Below are positions 25,083 through 28,377 of a stretch of DNA of 28,377 nt, piece after piece. The stretch is from a virus (lineage: Duplodnaviria > Caudoviricetes): the IMG/VR virus record IMGVR_UViG_3300032219_000815, positions 1 through 28,377 of that record; one strand, written 5' to 3'. Numbering within the stretch: position 1 is the first letter of the stretch; every line of letters starts with the position of its first letter. The notes beneath the pieces were generated by a model that saw only the letters and a list, made by a program, of their open reading frames with translations, had not been told where the DNA came from and ran no database searches. A program made the position numbers and the translations under genes.

Positions 25083-26585
25083 CTAGAGCACCATGAGGGT
25101 TGGTTCGTCGGTGTTGCCGTGGTTCTCGCTGGAGGAGATACCGAGGGCCATGATCAGAGAGACCGCGCCGTCGATGCGGGCCGTAGAGTGTGAGTGTTTC
25201 TTCGTTGGCTTTATGTTCCCGGCATCGTCGATCTTGACCTGAACATTCGACATCTGCCACGCGAGGACGGGGTTGCCGGCGTGCCGCAATCGCTTGGAAA
25301 CGCACAAAGTTTCAAGCAGCTTAGAAGGCGCGCTCATGCTGGCAAAACCTTGTCCAAACGGCTTAACGTCGATTCCCTCCGCCACCAGTTGCGTCGTCAG
25401 ATGCACCGCATTCCAGCGGTCGATCGCAATACCGCGAACCGCATTCTTCTCGCAAAACGAGAGAATGTAGTCGCGGACAGCGTCGTAATCCGTTATGTCG
25501 CCATCTGTTAGTGTAACAAAACCCGCATCCGCCCAGGCTTGATACGGCACTCGGTCTTCCTTTGACCGCTTGTGTGCGTTCTCCTCTGGGATGAAGAAGT
25601 GTGCGTGAACGTCATACGTTCCGTCGGCGTCGGGCCAGACCGCCACGAACGCCGTCGTGTCGAATGTGCTGGCGAGGTCAACGCCGCACCAGCATGGTCG
25701 CCCTGCCGTCGGCCGCAGCGGCTCGTTGTTGGCATCCCAGGCACCATGCCTGATCCACTTGGTTTCGGAACGCTGGAACAAATTCAAATGGAGCGTCTTG
25801 AAAACTGTCTCGTCTGCCGGAGAGTCCTTCGCCTTCTGAGCGAATTGATGAAAATACTCGGGTTTCAGCGTGATTCCGTAGTTCGGATTCGCCTTCTTCC
25901 ATGTCTCCTCGATGAACGGGTCGTCCTCGGGATCGGCGGCGTAGATGCACGGCAGGAACGAGTCGTCCTTCAGCACGCCATCGCGAATCTTCACTGCCCG
26001 CTGCCAGTCCTTGTAGCAAGGCCCGTCCATGTCGGTGCCCGCCGTCGTGATGTAGATGGTGAGCGGCTGGCTTCTGGCACCAGTACCCGTTTCCAAGACA
26101 TCAACCAGCTCGCGGTCGGGGAAGACGTGATATTCATCGACCAGCACGCAACTCGGGTTGTAACCGTGTTTCGTGCCCGCCTCGCTGGATATACAGAGCA
26201 TCGTCGAGTTCTTCTCGGGGAAGACGATGCTGTTGCGGTATATCTTGCACCGCTTCGCCAACGAGGGGCAGCTCTCGACGAACTGCTTCGCCGCGGTGTG
26301 GAGGAGCGCGGCCTGAGAGCGGTCGCCGGCCGCGACGATCACCTCGGCTCCCTCGTCATCGCAGCAGAGCATATAGAGCCCCACCGCCGCGGAAATCGCC
26401 GACTTTCCGTTCTTGCGGGGGAGGGCGAGCAGGCTCGTTCGATACTGACGAAGACCGTCAGCCTTCTTCGTGTTGAAGAGCTTGTCGAGGTACTCGTCCT
26501 GCCAGGGTTGCAGGACAAATGGCTGCCCCGCAAAGTCGCCGCGACTGTGCTTCAGTAAGCCGATGAAATCGCGGATATCAACCAC
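25083..26585 (-). CDS. terL: Terminase large subunit
   Basis: LQPWQ, Walker A PRKNGKS, Walker B VLVDEYH, ITTAG, and nuclease motifs GVDLAST.D and IDGAVSLIMA. Confidence 0.97.
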   Translation of the reverse strand: MVDIRDFIGLLKHSRGDFAGQPFVLQPWQDEYLDKLFNTKKADGLRQYRTSLLALPRKNGKSAISAAVGLYMLCCDDEGAEVIVAAGDRSQAALLHTAAKQFVESCPSLAKRCKIYRNSIVFPEKNSTMLCISSEAGTKHGYNPSCVLVDEYHVFPDRELVDVLETGTGARSQPLTIYITTAGTDMDGPCYKDWQRAVKIRDGVLKDDSFLPCIYAADPEDDPFIEETWKKANPNYGITLKPEYFHQFAQKAKDSPADETVFKTLHLNLFQRSETKWIRHGAWDANNEPLRPTAGRPCWCGVDLASTFDTTAFVAVWPDADGTYDVHAHFFIPEENAHKRSKEDRVPYQAWADAGFVTLTDGDITDYDAVRDYILSFCEKNAVRGIAIDRWNAVHLTTQLVAEGIDVKPFGQGFASMSAPSKLLETLCVSKRLRHAGNPVLAWQMSNVQVKIDDAGNIKPTKKHSHSTARIDGAVSLIMALGISSSENHGNTDEPTLMVL

Positions 26586-27060
26586 GCTTGGCTAGAAGAG
26601 CGTCCATTGGGTCTTGCACGACCTTCTCGGCGTGATAGCCCATTCGGGTGCGATCGGCGGGCGTCAGGCCGAGGACAGTCTCGAGTTGCCGGAGTTGCTC
26701 GTGGCAGTGATTGCTCTGGGACTGCCACTTGTTCGGCCGGCTGAACCTAAGAGAGCCGTCGGGGGCCGATACCTCGACCCAGCCGGAGTCCAGCTTGGCA
26801 AGCTGCATCTCAGCGTCACGCCAGCGATCCCAGATGATCGAGTACCGCGCGATCACTTCGACATCGCTCTCGGCCAGCGTGCCCATCCTCTGCGTGTAGC
26901 CGCAGACGAGGTTGAACATCTCCTTGGCTGCCGGCCGCATCCATGACGGAGGCACGGGCAGCGAGGACAGGGGGGTGCCTAACTCCTCGCGGTAGTTGGC
27001 TTCCTCAGAGCCTCGCAGCTTGAGGAGATGCTTCGGCGTTGGTGCTGGGCCGCGTGCCAT
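26578..27060 (-). CDS. terS: Terminase small subunit, P27 family
   Basis: MARGPAPTPKHLLKLRG...PPSWM...LGLTPADRTRM; overlaps the terL start. Confidence 0.92.
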   Translation of the reverse strand: MARGPAPTPKHLLKLRGSEEANYREELGTPLSSLPVPPSWMRPAAKEMFNLVCGYTQRMGTLAESDVEVIARYSIIWDRWRDAEMQLAKLDSGWVEVSAPDGSLRFSRPNKWQSQSNHCHEQLRQLETVLGLTPADRTRMGYHAEKVVQDPMDALLAKRG

Positions 27061-27062
27061 GC

Positions 27063-28085
27063 CTAAGAGTATTGCACAGTAGGTAATGGCCCCGCAAAGG
27101 AGTCGGATTTCTTCATGTTGCACGCCCAGCAGGCGGCCTGGACATTGTCGGGTCTATGGCCTGGGCCGGAGGGGCCGTAAGACAGGGGCACGATGTGATC
27201 GATCGTGGGGCTGCGAGGGTGCGGAGTCTCGCTGCCTTCGATCTTCGTCCACTTGGAGAGCAGCACACACTGGCATATCTGGCACGTCCAGTTGTCGCGG
27301 TGAAGTATCGACTTCGCCTGGAATGATTCGTAGTGGCATCCGTACTTGATGCATCGGAACTTGTGGCCGCCTCTGTTGACGCCGACGTTGAGCGGGTCTG
27401 CTGCATCGTTACCCCAATTGCCGAACCACACGGCAATCTGCTCGTCAAGCGTTGCCCCAGGCCGACGTGTCAATCTCGCGCATGGCAGGCGAAGTCGCCT
27501 CGCCTCGAAAGCGCATTCTCTGGAGCAGTATTTGCCAGCATTTCGGCCAGCACTTCGCTTTCGGAACGGCTTCTGGCAGCACAGGCACTGTCGCTGCTTG
27601 GCCCGGTTTTTGTTTCGTTTGACGGTTTCTGGCCCCCGCGCAATAGCCACGCAACTCCTGCTGCAAAACCTACTTTGAGAATTCTTCTGCCGGAAGTCTT
27701 TTCCGCACCACTCGCACGGCTTCGTTAAGAGACGGACAGGGTATCTGCACTCGTCGCTACAGTATTTTGAGTTCTTGAACCGAACAAAGTCCTTGCCGCA
27801 CGCAATGCAAGTGCGGGAATGAGTCGGCTTCTTTTTCTTTTGCTGCTTCCGGCACTCTTCGGAGCATAGTTTTCGACTCTTCCCGCAGCGGGCCAAGTCC
27901 TGCGGAATATCTTGTCCGCAGACTGCACACGGGACGATCGTTGGCTTCGGCGGCCGCGAAGCGGCTCGGCAGCAGGCCGCAGAGCAATACGTCCTCGGCT
28001 TGAAGCCAAGCGACGGCGGCACAGCACCGCCGCAGACGGGACAACTTTTGCCTTCCTTGGCGTTTTCTCCGGCGTCTCCACGCAC
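27063..28085 (-). CDS. HNH endonuclease with five N-terminal Cys zinc-finger repeats
   Basis: RDNWTCQIC...TIDHIVPLS...H.PDNVQAACWACNMKK, preceded by five CxxC...CSxxC units. Confidence 0.9.
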   Translation of the reverse strand: MRGDAGENAKEGKSCPVCGGAVPPSLGFKPRTYCSAACCRAASRPPKPTIVPCAVCGQDIPQDLARCGKSRKLCSEECRKQQKKKKPTHSRTCIACGKDFVRFKNSKYCSDECRYPVRLLTKPCEWCGKDFRQKNSQSRFCSRSCVAIARGPETVKRNKNRAKQRQCLCCQKPFRKRSAGRNAGKYCSRECAFEARRLRLPCARLTRRPGATLDEQIAVWFGNWGNDAADPLNVGVNRGGHKFRCIKYGCHYESFQAKSILHRDNWTCQICQCVLLSKWTKIEGSETPHPRSPTIDHIVPLSYGPSGPGHRPDNVQAACWACNMKKSDSFAGPLPTVQYS

Positions 28086-28257
28086 CTCAACAGTCTACCA
28101 AGCAAGACATTTCTAGCCAAATCGTCGGATTCAGTCGGCGACCAGCGAATTGGGTAGGCCGACCGGGGCGCACGGCCCCTAGGACATGCGGTCTGCCCTG
28201 CGCACCCCCCCAGCGGGGAGCCCCCCTATCGGGTGGTGGCGTTGACGGGGCAGCCCC

Positions 28258-28377
28258 TATCGGCTCGTGCACGAGCCGGCGCCGACGGCCTGGGCTGGTC
28301 TGGTTTCAGTCTGACGGTATCGGCACGAGCACGAGCCGGCGCCGACGGCCTGGGCTGGTCTGGTTTCAGTCCGACGG
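28258..28377. repeat. 60-bp tandem repeat, two copies, running to the window end
   Basis: 28258-28317 and 28318-28377 differ at 3 positions. Copy 1 contains the perfect 18-bp palindrome CGGCTCGTGCACGAGCCG (28261-28278). Confidence 0.9.

Noticed and set aside
23900-26558. Long plus-strand ORFs (398 aa and 328 aa)
   Set aside because: Antisense shadows of portal and terL, expected in high-GC coding DNA; no recognisable motifs.
27061-27075. TACTCT just before the terS ATG as a leaderless -10 element
   Set aside because: A single weak hexamer; stop-start coupling with the HNH gene explains the junction equally well.
28258-28377. Possible CRISPR array
   Set aside because: Units are contiguous 60-mers without unique spacers, and only two copies are visible.
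1-28377. Stop-codon reassignment, tRNA genes, integrase or IS elements
   Set aside because: Core genes are intact in the standard code, and none of these elements was recognised by eye.

Overview
The whole window is a minus-strand late (virion) operon of an HK97-like long-tailed phage or prophage, roughly 62-65% GC by eye. Many genes are coupled by ATGA/GTGA/TAATG overlaps. In transcription order it encodes: zinc-finger HNH nuclease, terminase small and large subunits, portal, a bacterioferritin homolog, a prohead protease fused to two repeated domains and a HiPIP-like 4-Cys domain, major capsid, probable cement protein, a GT-A glycosyltransferase-like protein, head-tail genes, two tandem tail-tube-like genes, tail assembly chaperones joined by a -1 frameshift, a ~2130-aa tape measure protein, tail-tip and Cys-rich proteins, a phosphoesterase/dCMP deaminase/dNMP kinase cassette, a holin-like gene and a tail fibre. 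The fibre (<1..1754) is truncated by the window edge and missing from the ORF track. The most unusual signals are: (1) an iron-themed head module (degenerate bacterioferritin plus HiPIP-like protease tail, with HxH motifs in the fibre); (2) recurring GGA-loop hairpins in the leaders of structural genes, resembling CsrA/RsmA sites; (3) a glycosyltransferase inside the head module. A Planctomycetota host is an unverified inference. All calls come from manual motif recognition; no searches were run.
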